From: Vicugna vicugna
Lineage: Eukaryota
Assembly (NCBI GenBank): GCA_013265495.1
Contig: MU058384.1
Location: forward strand, 2,543,690-2,575,393
Direction of reading: 5' to 3'
DNA length: 31,704 bases
The number at the start of each line of letters is the position of its first letter. The first letter of the stretch is position 1. The notes under the pieces were generated by a model. That model was not told the DNA's origin. It did no database searches and was given only the letters and a program-made list of their open reading frames with translations. Positions 1 through 11,619 of this stretch are shown piece after piece. The position numbers and the translations under genes were made by a program.

Positions 1-14
1 GTGTGTACATATAA

Positions 15-170
15 AATAGTGCCTGCCCCAAAAAGCTTGTAATTGTGTGTAAGACAGACCGGTAAATGAACAGTTAGAAGTCAGTGTGAAGCATTTGGGC
101 AGCTGTATACTTAAAAAGCAGCAGGAACCCTTAAATAGGGCATCTAACCCTAACCAGTCTTCTGGAATAA
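15..170 (-). mobile_element. L2 LINE 3' remnant
   Basis: Degenerate match to the reverse complement of the L2 3' region (cctgccc..aagcttgtaa..aagacagac..aaa..cagtgtga..catctaaccc). Confidence 0.5.
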
Positions 171-495
171 ATATGACATCAGCTCTCTTCTCACTCCTTC
201 CAAACATTCACCTTAAATCCTTGCCAATCCCACCTCTTTTCTCTTAGGCTCATTTTCTCTCTCTGGAAAAACTATTAGGCAAGACTCTGTCCTATTTTCA
301 CTTTTGTCAACTTTCCTAATCTTTTCTCATCCATCATGGTGGGGGGTGTGCCGTGAAAGAGTTGTCCTTTTTGTCCAAAGCAAGTTCTGTCTGCCTAGGT
401 CCTCCTCCAACCTATTGTATAACCCAGCCTCACCCTCCTTGGATCCTGCTCTCTTTTTCAACATTTTCTTTCTCTCTCTCTTATACACGCATGTG

Positions 496-522
496 CACAC
501 ACACACACACATATACACACAC
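496..522 (+). repeat. (CA)n microsatellite, interrupted
   Basis: cacacacacacacacatatacacacac. Confidence 0.9.
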
Positions 523-599
523 TGCATCCTGTTCCCTTCTCGTATACCACAGGATGCCACATACACCCCACCCTCCATCCCTAGCAGATAGTGATTATC

Positions 600-1005
600 T
601 AGCCTCTCTCTTTCAAATGATTTCCCCCAGTCCATAAGCATTAGATTGTCTTCTATTTTAAAATAAATAAAACAGAACTTTTCCCCTGATCCTTGTTCCT
701 TCTTGCCCTCCTTACCTCTGTACTTACTTTAAAATGGTTGTTTCTGTCTTCCTTTCTCCCAGTTGCTCTTCTCTCTAGTGTGGCTTCTGCCCTCACCCTT
801 GCCCTGTAATGGGTCTGATGAAGGTCATCACAACCTTCAAGTCAACTGTGGACTTTGTCCAGTCTTCATCCTGGATGACTAGATGTTCTTGCTGAAAGCT
901 AGCTCTCTTCTTGAAGTGTTCACTTACTTGACTTTGTAACATTCGGACTCTGTTCTCCAGTCTAACTGGTTGTTTCTCAGTCTCCTCTGCGAGCAACTCT
1001 TCCAC
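600..1005 (+). mobile_element. L2 LINE ORF2 remnant
   Basis: Pyrimidine-rich with L2-like motifs: tggcttctgccctcacc, aaggtcatca, cagtcttcatcct, cttcttgaa, ttctcagtctcctctgc. Confidence 0.65.
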
Positions 1006-1991
1006 AGGCTTGTTTTTGCCCAATTGATTGGACCCAATGGTAAGCTTTCTCCAAAAAATCAACTTTAAATATAAAGATCCAAATAGATTGGATGGAAAAG
1101 AATAGAAAAAATATATCATGCAATCATTAACCAAATGATTAATATCAGATAAACTGATAACAGCACAAGGAATATTAAAAAGGAGTAAAAAAAAAGACAT
1201 TTAATAATAATAAAGTGATCAATTTGTTTAGATAATATAACAATCCTAAATTTATGTGTCAAACAACAGGGCTTCTATATATGAAGCAAAACAGAAGAAA
1301 TTAAAAGAAGAAATAGACAAATGCACTGTTGGAGATTTTTAACATTCCCTTTCAGTATAATTGACCTAGTTAATATTTACAGAACTTTCAACCCAACAAC
1401 TGTAGAATATGCATCCTTTTCAGGTTTACATGGACCACATGACCATGTTATGGTCAATAAAACAACCATATTTTGGATCATAAAAGTTATTAAGTTGAAA
1501 AGGGTTGAAATCCATATTCTGTGGGGTTTAAAACAGAAATCAATAAGGTATCTGAAAAAGATCCAACTATTTGGAAATTAAACAACATGCTTTTCAATAT
1601 TACAAGATTAAAGAAAAAAATCACAAGGAAAATTAAATATTCTGAAATTGAATGCCACCTTAAGGAACTTAAAGATGTAAATTAAACACAATGTAAGCAA
1701 TGGGAAGAAAAATTACAAAGATAGTAGCAGAATATTTTTTAAATGGGCAAAGTTAGGGAAAATTAATGAAATTAAAAGATGATTATTTGAAAGGAATCAA
1801 TAAAAGCAATTAACAGTTAGCCAGAAGGATCAAGAAACAAAGAGAAAAGGCAAAAATTGCTAATTTCAGGAATGACAGGGGAGTGTTGCTATAGATATTA
1901 AAAAAAAATAAGGAAATATTATGAACTTCAGACCAATACATTTGACAACTTAAATGAAGTTAATAAATTCCTACCATAGCTCACTCAAGAA

Positions 1992-2525
1992 ATATTTACC
2001 ATGTAATTTAGCAATTACATTCCCAGGTACCTATGCAAGAGAAATGAAAACTTACATACAAACGTTTATAGCCACATTATTCATAATAACCAAAAGGTAG
2101 AAACAACCCAGCTGTCCATCAACAGGTGAATGATAAACAAAATACGATGTATCCATCCAATGGAATATTAGCCATAAAAAAGGAAGTACTGACATGTGCT
2201 GTAATGGATATGAATTTTGAAAACATAATGATAAGTGAAAGAAACCAGTTACAAAGACTACGGATTGTATGTATGCCATTTATGTAAAATGTCCAGAAGA
2301 GAGAATTCTAGAGAGACGGAGTGTAGATTAGTGGTTGCTTAGGGCAGACGGAGGGGAGTGACTGCTGAAGGTTATAGAGTTTCTCTTTGAGGCAATGGAG
2401 TGCTCTAAAATTTCCTGTTGGGATAGCCATACAACTTTTTGAACCTAAAAATTCCATTGAATTATGCACTTTAAATGGCTGAATGATAGGGTGTGTGAAG
2501 CCCAATAAAGCTGTTATATAAAAGA
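1992..2525 (+). mobile_element. 5'-truncated L1MB-like 3' end nested in the older L1
   Basis: aaacaacccagctgtccatcaacaggtgaatg, aatggaatatt..gccataaaaagg, ending aataaagctgtt plus A-rich tail. The host reads ...actcaagaaa | aagaagaaaaagataacctgaatag across it. Confidence 0.8.
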
Positions 2526-2858
2526 AGAAAAAGATAACCTGAATAGACCATTCAAGGAAATAAATTTATAGTTTAAAACCTTACCCCAAAGAAAACTCCA
2601 GTCTCAGATGTATTCACTGGTGAATTCTACTAAACATTTAAGGAAAAAAACACCACCAAATCTACAAAAACCCTCCCAGAAAAATAAGAAAGGTGGAAAC
2701 ACTTCACCATTCATTCCATGAGGCATCACGTTGATACTAAAATCAAAGTCATTATAAGAAAACTAACAGTATTGCTCATGAATATAGATGCAACAATCCC
2801 TTTTAAAAAATTAGCAAATTAAATACAGGGGTATATGAGAGGAGTAATACATCATGAC

Positions 2859-3249
2859 TGTTACGCCTGAATTGTGTCCCTCCCTCCAGATTCATAGGCT
2901 GAAGCCCTAACCCTTAAAGTAATGATACTTGGAAATAAGGCCTTTAAAGACATAACTAAGGTTAAATGAGGTCATAAAGATGGGACCCTAATCCTACAGG
3001 ACTGATGTTCTTTTAGGAAGAGGGAGAGACACCAGAGATCTCTTTCTCTGCACATGCGCAGAAGAAAGACACTGTGAGGACTCAGGAAGAAGGGCTGTCT
3101 GCAAGCCAGGAAGAGGTCTCACCAGAAACCGACTCTGCTAGCACCTTGATCTTGGACTACAGCCAAAATGTTAGGAAATAAATTTCTGTTGTTTAAGCCA
3201 TCCAGCCTGTGGTCTTCTCTAATGGCAGCCCTTGAAAACTATTAATACA
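2859..3249 (+). mobile_element. MaLR solo LTR (MLT1A/B-like), 391 bp
   Basis: TG...CA termini with a perfect 5-bp TSD ATGAC (2854-2858 and 3250-3254). Typical MLT1 motifs: ggttaaatgaggtcat, caccttgatcttggact, aataaatttctgttgtttaagcca. Confidence 0.92.
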
Positions 3250-3486
3250 ATGACCAAATAGAATTTACCCCAGGAATATAAGGTTGGATCAACATTAGAA
3301 AACTAAGCATGTTTTTCACTATATTAACTGAGTAAAAAAAAATCATGATAATCTCAACAGATGCAGAAAAACAATTTGATAATCTTAAAAAAATCACTCA
3401 TGAGAAAGAGAACTTTCTCAACCTGATAAAGAACAGTTAATTGCTTTCCCTCTAAGGTCAGAAATGAGGCAAAGATGTTTTCTCAG

Positions 3487-5051
3487 TTATTATCTCTTCA
3501 AAATTTTTCTCAGGTCCTTTCTCTCTCTTCTCTTTCTGGGACCTCTATAATGTGAATATTAGTGTGCTTCAGGTTGTCCCAGAGTTCTCTCAAACTATCC
3601 TCATTTTTTTTTCATTCTTTTTTTTTTCTGTTCTGCAGGAGTGATTTCCACTAATTTGTCTTCTGGCTCACTGATCCGTTCTTCTGCCTCATTTAGTCTG
3701 TTCTTGGTTCCTTTTAGTGTGTTATTCCAGTAATTTTATTCTTCATCTCTGTTTGGGTATTCTTTATCTTTTCCAACTCTGCTAAAAACTTCGTTCTGTG
3801 CATCTATACTCCTCCTGAGTTCTCTGAACATCTTTGCCATCATTACTCTAAACTCTTTCTCTGATAGGTTACCTATCTCCTCATTACTTACTTCTTCTGG
3901 GGTTTTATCTTGTGCCTTGGCCTGGTAGATATTCCTCTGCTGCCTCACATTGTCTATCCTTCTATTTGTATTTTTAGGTAGGTTAGTTATGTGTCTCAGC
4001 CTTGAAGAAGTAGCCCTCTGTGGGAGATGTCTCATGTGTCCCTGCAGTAAACTCTTCTCTTGTCACCCAAGCGCCAGGGTCCAGCCGGTCCCAGGGTAGA
4101 GTCTGGCCTGTGTTTGTGGACTCCTTCCACAGGCTTTAGGATTGTTGTTTTCTTATTTCTGGTATCTGTCCCCTGGTGAATGAGGCTGGACTAGAGGCAT
4201 ATTCAGGTTTCCTGGCAGGAGGAGTCAGTGCCTGCCCACTGATGGATGAAGCTTGGTTCTGGTGCGCAAGTGGGTGAGGCTGAGTCTAGGGGCGTGTCTA
4301 GAGGCTTTGTAGCTCAGAAGTCTGCTGATGGGTAGGGCTGTATTCTTACCCAGTATATTATTTGGCCTGAGGCTTCCCAGCACTTAAGCCTACAGGCTGT
4401 TAGGTGGGGTTAGGTCTTGGTGCTAATGATCCAATCAAGATGTCAGCTTTCAGAAAAGCTCATGTAGATGAACACTCCTAGAATGTCTACCACCAGCTTT
4501 TATGTCCCCAAGGGGAGCTGCAGCCGTCCCCTACCTCCAAAGGAGACCTTCCAAGACTAGCAGGCAGGTCTGGCCTAGGTTCCTATGAAATCACTGCCTC
4601 TGCCCTTGGACCTGACACAGGCGAGATTCTGTGTATGCTTCCCAAGAGAATGAAGTTTCTGTTTCCCCCAGTCCCATGGGGTTCCTGAAGTCAAGCTCCA
4701 CTGGTCTTCAAAACCAGATGTCCTGGGGTCTCTCCTTCCAGAACCCCAGGCTTGGGAGCCTGACGTGTGGCTTGGAACTCTCACTCCTGTGGGAGGGCTT
4801 CTGTGACTTAATTATTCTTCAGCTTCTGGGTCACCCACCCAGGGGGTATGGGGCCGGATTCTACTGGGAGCATGCCCCTCCTACTGTCTCATTATGGTTC
4901 CCTCTTTATGTTTCCAGTTGAAGAGGATCTTTTTTTGCTAGGTTCCAGTCTTTTTGTTCAATGGTTGGTTAGCAGTTAGTTGTGGTTTTGTCATAGTTGG
5001 AAGGAGAGGTGAGCTTGTGGTCCTACTGCTCTGCCATCTTGACCCTCCCCC
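3487..5051 (-). mobile_element. L1 5' portion: 5' UTR plus N-terminal part of ORF1 (disrupted)
   Basis: Minus strand starts GGGGGAGGGTCAAGATGGCAG (L1 start with YY1-type motif). ORF1p-like peptide RQQRNIYQAKAQDKTPEEVSNEEIGNLSEKEFRVMMAKMFREL starts near 3948, and EDSLRELWDNLKHTNIHIIEVPE lies near 3600-3535. Confidence 0.88.
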
Positions 5052-5660
5052 TTCAAAGAAGTTCTTTCTCACTGCTCCCATTCAGCATCTTACAGGAAGC
5101 TTAATTCAGTACAGCTAGGCCAGTAAAAGAATAAGGGCTGTATAGATTGTCAAAGAAATAAAATTATTTTAATTCTCAGAGGATAAGATTGTCCATATAG
5201 GATATTCCATAGAATTTATACAGGAGCCACTAGAAATAGTGACGGTAGTGAGGACACAGTATATAAAGTCAATATAAAAATATCAGTTGTATTTCTATAT
5301 ACTAGTGAAAGCTGCTGGAAGTTGAAAAACAATATAAATTATAATAGCATAAAATAGAAAATAATTTAAAACAAAATGCATATAACAAAATAAATGCAAA
5401 AATTATACACAAACAATAAAATGTTGAGAGAAATTAAAGACAATTCAAAAAGTGGAGAGATGTGCTATATTTTTGCATCAGAATTAATTTGTTAATATGT
5501 CAACTATCCTCCAATTAATCTACAAATCCAATGTGATCTCAACCCAAATTCCAGATTTTTTGTGTGTGAAATTGGTAATATTTTCTAAAATTTATATGGA
5601 AATGAAAAAGTCTTATAACAGCCTAAGCAGTTTGTGGTGGGTCAGGGAAAGTTGGATGAT

Positions 5661-5697
5661 TTACTCTAAAGACTTACTCTAAAGGCTTACTCTAAGG
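5661..5697 (+). repeat. 13-bp tandem repeat x3 (ttactctaaagRc)
   Basis: ttactctaaagac ttactctaaaggc ttactctaagg. Confidence 0.85.
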
Positions 5698-5789
5698 CCC
5701 ACACTAAAGGTACAGTAACCATGTTGGTGGGGTACAGTGTAAGTATAAGCATATGGATCACTTGGAAAGAATGGAGTCCAGAAATAATA

Positions 5790-8240
5790 TTGTCCTCTTT
5801 TTTCTTTTTTTAGATTCCACATATGAGTAATATCATTTGGTATTTTTCTTTCTTTTCCTGGCTTATTTCACTTAGAATGACGATCTCCAGGTCCCTCCAT
5901 GTTGCTGCAAATGGCATTATTTTATTATTTTCATGGCCGAGTAGTATTCCATTGTATAAATATACCACAGCCATCTGTTGATGGATATTTAGGTTATTTC
6001 CATGTCTTGGCTATTGTAAATAGTGCTGCTATGAACATTGGGGTGCATGTGTCTTTTTGAATTAAGGTTTTCTCTGGATATATGCCCAGGATTGGGATTG
6101 CTGGATCATATGATAAATCTATTTTTAGTTTTTTGAGGAATCTCCATACTGTTTTCCATAGTGGCTGCATCAAAATACATTCCCACCAACAGTGTAGGAG
6201 GGTTCCCTTTTCTCTACACCCTCTCCAGCATTTATTGTTTGTGGGCTTAGGCTTTTTAAGCCATTCTGACTGGTGTGAGGTGATAACTCATTGTAGTTTT
6301 GATTCGCATTTCTCTGATAATTAGCAATACTGAGCATTTTTTCATGGGCCTATTGGCCATTTATATGTTTTCTTTGGAGAATTGCTTGCTTAGATCTTCT
6401 GCCCATTTTTGGATTGGGTTGCTTGTTTTTTGATATTAAGGTATATGAGTTGTTTGTTTATTTTGGAAATTAGTCCCTTGTCAGTCGCATCATTTGCAAA
6501 TATTTTCTCCCATTCTGTAGGTTGTCTTTTTTGTTTTGTTGACGGTATTCTTAGCTGTGCAAAAGCTTTTAAGTTTAATTAGATCCCATTTGTTTATTTT
6601 TGCTTTTATTTCCATTACTCCAGGAGCTGGTTCAAAAAATATATTGCTGTGATTTATGTCCGAGTGTGTTCTGCCTATGTTTTCCTCTAGGAGTTTTATT
6701 GTACCTGGTCTTACATTTAAGTCTTTAATCCACTTTGACTTTATTTTTGTATATGATGTTAGAGAATGTTCTAATTTCAGTCTTTTACAGGTAGCTGTCC
6801 AGTGTCTCAATAAGCACCACTTACTGAGACACTGTCTTTTCTCTATTGTATATTCTTGCCTCCTTTGTTGTAGATTAATTGATCATAAATGCGTGGGTTT
6901 ATTTTGGACTTCCTGTCCTGTTCCTTGATCTATGTGTCTATTTTTGTGCCAGTAGCATACTGCTTTGATTACTGTAGCTTTGTAAATAGTCTGAAGTCAG
7001 GGAGCATGAAAAATGGAGCAACTCCATTCTTGTTTTTTCAAGATTATTTTGGCTGTTTGGGGTCTTTTGTGTTCCCATACAAATTTTTAACATTTTTTGT
7101 TCCAGCTGTGTGAAAAATGTCATTGGTAATTTGATTGTATTGAATCTGTATACTGCCTTGGGTTATATGGCCATTTTAACAACATTGATTCTGCCAATTC
7201 AAGAACATGGTATATCTTTCCATTTACTTTTGTTGCCTTCAGTTTCTTTCATCAGTGTCTTATAGTTTTTGAAGTACAGATCTTTTGCCTCCTTGGGTAG
7301 GTTTATTCCTAAGGATTCTATTCTTTTTGGTATGATGGTAAATGGTATTGTTTCCTTAATTTCTTTTTCTGCTATTTCATTGTTAGTGTATAGAAATGCA
7401 ATTGATTTCTGTACACTAATTTTGTATCATGCAACTTTACCAAAGTCATGGATGAGTTCTAGTAGTTTTCTGGTTGCTTCTTTAAGGTTTCCTATGTATA
7501 GTATCATGTCATCTGCAAACAGTGACAGTTTTACTTCTTCATTTCTAATTTGGATTCCTTTTATTTCTTTTTCTTCTATGATTACTATGGCTAGGACCTC
7601 CAAAACTCTGTTGAATAAAAGTGGTGAGAGTGGGCATCCTTGTCTTGTTCCTGATCTTAGAGGAAATGCTTTCAGCTTTTCACCACTGAGTATGATGTTA
7701 GCTGTGGGTGTGTCATATATGGCCTTTATTATGTTGAGTTACGTTCCGTCTATGCCCACTTACTGGAGAGTTTTTATCATAAATGGATGTTGAATTTTAT
7801 CAAAAGCTTTTTCTGCATCTATTGAGATAATCATATGGTTTTTATTCTTCAGTTTGTATTAATATGGTGTATCACATTGATTCATGGATAATGAAAAATC
7901 CCTGCATCCCTGGGGTAGGTCCCACTTGGTCGTGGTGTATGATCCACTTAATGCATTATTCGAGTCTATTTGCTAATATTTTGTTGAGGATTTTTGTCTC
8001 TATATTCATAAGTGATATTGGTCTATAATTTTCTTTTTTTGTGATATCTTTGGTTTTGGTATCAGGGTGATGATGGCCTCATAGAATGAGTTTGGAAGTG
8101 TTCCTTCCTCTGCAATTTTTTGGAATAGTTTCAGAAGGATAGGCATTAACTCTTCTCTAAATGTTTGGTAGAATTTACCTGTGAAGCCATCTGGTCCTGG
8201 ACTTTCATTTGTTGGGAGTTTTAAAACTGATTCAATTTTA
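5790..8240 (-). mobile_element. Younger L1, ORF2 RT-to-C-terminus fragment (pseudogenised)
   Basis: ORF 6490..6810 ([43 protein letters not shown]...[14 protein letters not shown]) and 6938..7123 (MTFFTQLEQK) are ORF2p. Its 5' end is near the PGPDGFTG motif (about 8200-8177). Confidence 0.93.
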
Positions 8241-8359
8241 CCTGTTCTAGATTAATACATGTTTTTTTAAATGTATGCAGAAATACCACTTGGATACAGT
8301 TATTTGATAAGCTTTACACATTTTCAGACTATTTTACTCTGATAGGTTTACGAACAGGC

Positions 8360-8590
8360 CTATAGGCCAGTAGTAAAAGGCGTAAGTTCTGGGGCCAGAC
8401 TGGTTTAAATCCTATATCCACCTCTTAAACATGAATGACTTAGGGTGAACTAGGTAATCTCTTTCAGCCTGAGGTTTTCCTTCTGTAAAATAGGGATAAT
8501 GCCTAGCTCAGAACTGTCTTGAGAATTTTATGAAATAATCCATGTAAAATGCCCCATACTTAGTAAATGCTCAATGTTAGCTACCGTGAT
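8360..8590 (+). mobile_element. MIR SINE
   Basis: Core cagcctgaggttttccttctgtaaaatagggataat and tail tagtaaatgctcaat. Confidence 0.8.
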
Positions 8591-8907
8591 GATAGGAAAT
8601 ACTATTTCTATTTCTCTATTGACAAATTGGCAAATTTAACAGAACTTTAACTCTGAGCGCTCTTGGGTCACAGTTCTTTCTTTGTTGTTGGTCGCAACTC
8701 TAGTCAAGAATGTGTTCTCAAGAGACACTAGAAACCCCATAGACCTTCTGTCCTCTCAGGGGGGTTTGTTGGACCCATGTGGACTGAGGCACACCTGCTT
8801 TAGACTGTGGGTTGTGACTGAACGGTATCTGGCTAAGATGCACCAGAAACCTGGACGTCTGGTGTGGCCTTCGTATTAAAAGAATCTGTAGGTGTGTGTG
8901 TTAGTTA

Positions 8908-9617
8908 TGTTACCAACCCAGCTTCATTTTCCTGATGTGCATTAAGCTAAACACTGCAATGCAGATGTTTGCAGCAGAGAAAGGATTTATTCACAAGGCA
9001 GCCAAATGGGGAGAGTGGAGAACAAATCTCGTATCTGCCTCCCTAAAGGTGAGCAGCTTGAGAAATTTATGGTATAAAGAAGCTGGGTGCTCTTAGGCCT
9101 GGAGAAAGGTGATTGGAGGTAGGGAAAAGGTGAGATAATCAGGGTTCTGCCCAAGGGTATATGAGCTATCTGCTCCTTCATGGAGATGCATGTTAAAAAC
9201 TGGAGGTGCTTAGCATGATCTGAGGGTGGAGTTTTTGGTCCTCTGATGTCAAAAAAAATCACTCATTAGACACCTGCACAGGCCCAGTTTTAGGGTCAGT
9301 GGTCCCATCCAGTCTTAGCTTACCCATACTGGACAGGAGATGACTCCCAGTTTCTGGAAAATAGCTTAAGCCCCCATTACTATAGCAACTCCATACATCA
9401 GAGATGTTTTCTACAGGGGACAGTTAAGGATTCAAAAATAATTAAGATGAGCTTGGTCAGTGAAGACAGATTAAAAGCAGAGGGGTTTTTAACAAGCTGT
9501 TCTCTTACCTGCTGTTCTGTAAGACAAGCTCAAGTATTTCGGTCAGTCACCAGTTTCTGTTGTGGCTCTGGGGCACGGTTTCAGGATGGAATTTTTACCC
9601 TATGGGGCATGGTTTCA
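8908..9617 (-). mobile_element. ERV1-class solo LTR, 710 bp
   Basis: Minus strand TGAAACC...GGTAACA, flanked by a 4-bp TSD GTTA (8904-8907 and 9618-9621). AATAAA at 8991-8986 and a TATA-like CATAAAT/TTTATA at about 9078-9065. Confidence 0.85.
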
Positions 9618-9794
9618 GTTACATCCTAGAGTTAGCTAGATTCCATATTTCTTGAGGCAATATTTTATTTACATGTGATTTATATATTACTTACTTACAA
9701 AAGGCTTTAAGGTTGTTCACAAATAAAAACAATACAGAAGAAAGGGCAGGGGGATGGATGCTACCAGGGGATAAGAGTGAAACAATTCTTTCCA

Positions 9795-9905
9795 CGTGGT
9801 TGGAGGAGTTGAACTTTGAATCAGACCTGGGCTTGAACTCTATTTTCTAGGTGGGCAGCCTTAGAAAAGGTATCTCCATACATTTTCCTTGCCATAAGAT
9901 GACAT
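9795..9905 (+). mobile_element. MIR fragment
   Basis: actttgaatcagacctgggcttgaactct, the MIR 5'/B-box region, degenerate. Confidence 0.5.
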
Positions 9906-9945
9906 GAATTGAAAGTATAAAGTATTGTAAAGAGTAAATAAATGA

Positions 9946-10073
9946 GGGGGAGGGTGTAGCTCAGTGGTAGAGCACATGCTTTGCATTCACAGGGTCCTGG
10001 GTTCAATCCCCAGTATCTCCATTAAATAAATAAATGAACCTAATTACCTACCCCCACCAGAAAAAAAAAAAAA
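9946..10073 (+). mobile_element. tRNA(Ala)-derived SINE, camelid vic-1-like
   Basis: A box TAGCTCAGTGG (9957-9967), B box GGTTCAATCCC (10000-10010), (TAAA)n, cctaattacc-C-tract and A tail. Imperfect TSD aaagagtaaata / aaagaataaaca. Confidence 0.88.
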
Positions 10074-10869
10074 GAATAAACACAGTTAAGAAATGCAGTA
10101 ACATGGGGCTGGCGGTTTGATCTTTGCCTGTTCCTCAACACCCTTCTCTACGTGAGCCTGAATTTAGCTGAGTTTCCTGGAAACTACACTAAAAACAAAA
10201 ACAAGTAGAACCCACTTTTTTGAAAAGTCAATATCTAATATAAGATCAAATAATTTTTATCAAAGATGCTGGTTTTGGATTCTGGGAAAGCTGGTCTCAT
10301 GGTTCCTTATGTAAGAAAACAAATGAGTAATGTGGTGGGCACCTGCTATTAATATAGATTTAAGGAAGACAAATTTGGCGATTTCTCACATCGACCGCCT
10401 TTAAAAGCTGCAGGCAAAACATTAAATCTTAATTCAGTGAAGGCATTTCTAAAAGAAGCTGAGATAATTTGGGCTAAATACCTTGCTTCTCAACAGCATA
10501 ACCTAATGCAGGAATAAAATTAGAAATTCTAAGAATTGTGGATATTTAAAATGTCCTTTAACTTTGTCTTGAATATTAGCTCTCTCAAGTTTTCCTTTGG
10601 TAAATGCTAGATTGTTGGACTGAATACAACCATCACTTGAATTTTGTGCTGCTCATTTTTATAGCAAATGGATTTATTCTGTATTTCCATGGTCATGACA
10701 CAGGAATGTCTCTTGTTGTGAGGATTAGTGTTACACAATTATTTTGAGAGTACTGATTTTAAAAGGTTTGAAATTTAAGTTTGTGGGTGATTTTAATTTA
10801 TTGAGATTGGAGATACTGCACCAGGCAGGGTTTCATCCATTTCATTTTTATCCCCAAGGTGTCATGTTA

Positions 10870-11105
10870 TATTGGAGAGAGCATGTCTTTGTGGTCAGAT
10901 TAATCTGGGTTTGAATTCTGGCTCTGCCGATTGTTAGCCATGTGACCGTCTGCAGATTATGTCCCCTTCCAGTTCCTGGAGCCTTAACTTTCCACCTGTA
11001 AAATGTGATCTGAGAAACTTAACTTGCAGAGTTTTGGTGGGACTGAAAAGATGTATTGTAAGTACATTGTCCAGCCAGTCTAAGTATCGAGATAGTGAGG
11101 ATGTC
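10870..11105 (+). mobile_element. MIR SINE
   Basis: ctgggtttgaattctggctctgcc..tagccatgtgacc..gagcctt..tttccacctgtaaaatg. Confidence 0.82.
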
Positions 11106-11619
11106 AACTTGGTTGGATTCCCAGCCATCTGATCCTCCATTCAGGCAGGAAATACTCTTTCTGTGACAAGTGTAGACATGGAGTAGCAGAGACTCCTGTT
11201 CTCTGGAAAGTTCTGTCTCACCTTTCTTAAGAAAATGCTTACTTCAGTGGTCCATAAATTCATTAAAAAAATGAAAATGACAATTTAGTCATTTCCTTAT
11301 TTAACACCGGTTGCCCCATTGTTGGTGTTACAGGTGAAATTCCTCTGGATTTATTTCATAGTCTGTTGACTAATGGCATGAGATTGTCACAATAAGGGAG
11401 TTTGACCATCTATCAGTCAGGTTTCCTTAGTAAAGTCATTGCCAATATTAGTTTTTGTCTATTTTAGAATGAATATTAGCTTAGTAATTAGCAGTCAAGT
11501 TGGTTCCAGACATCTAATGAATGGTATATTCATTAATTGGGAACAGTGTGTGGATAAGAAGTTAAAATTCATTTTTTTGATTTTTACTTTACTTATTTTA
11601 TCTTTAAATGTTGTTAGCT

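Larger units (their letters stand above)
1050..5787 (+). mobile_element. Ancient L1 (L1M-type) ORF2 fossil in four pieces (about 1050-1990, 2525-2858, 3250-3485, 5065-5787), host of nested insertions
   Basis: A-rich collinear ORF2 motifs: endonuclease region (gttggagattttaacattcc, agaactttcaacccaacaactgtagaata), Z/RT region (cagatgtattcactggtgaattctac, atctcaacagatgcagaaaaacaatttgat) and post-RT sequence. Many stops and frameshifts. Confidence 0.85.

Noticed and set aside
304..641. Three overlapping ORFs of about 100 aa
   Set aside because: Low-complexity translations through a (CA)n repeat and pyrimidine-rich, probably L2-derived DNA.
793..1200. 135-aa minus-strand ORF
   Set aside because: Spans an L2/L1 junction in antisense with no coding signature.
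6082..7793. Plus-strand ORFs 6082..6324, 6656..6928, 6889..7113, 7269..7793
   Set aside because: Antisense frames of L1 ORF2, a common spurious translation.
3487..8240. The two minus-strand L1 pieces as one full-length active element
   Set aside because: The order is wrong (the ORF2 piece lies upstream of the 5' UTR on the minus strand), host L1 sequence separates them, and both are disrupted.
9350..9360. STAT1 GAS site in the ERV1 LTR
   Set aside because: TTCTGGAA has a 2-nt spacer, not TTC-N3-GAA.
9946..10020. tRNA-Ala gene
   Set aside because: The acceptor stem is poor, a SINE tail and poly(A) follow, and a second copy with a TSD is at 26305.
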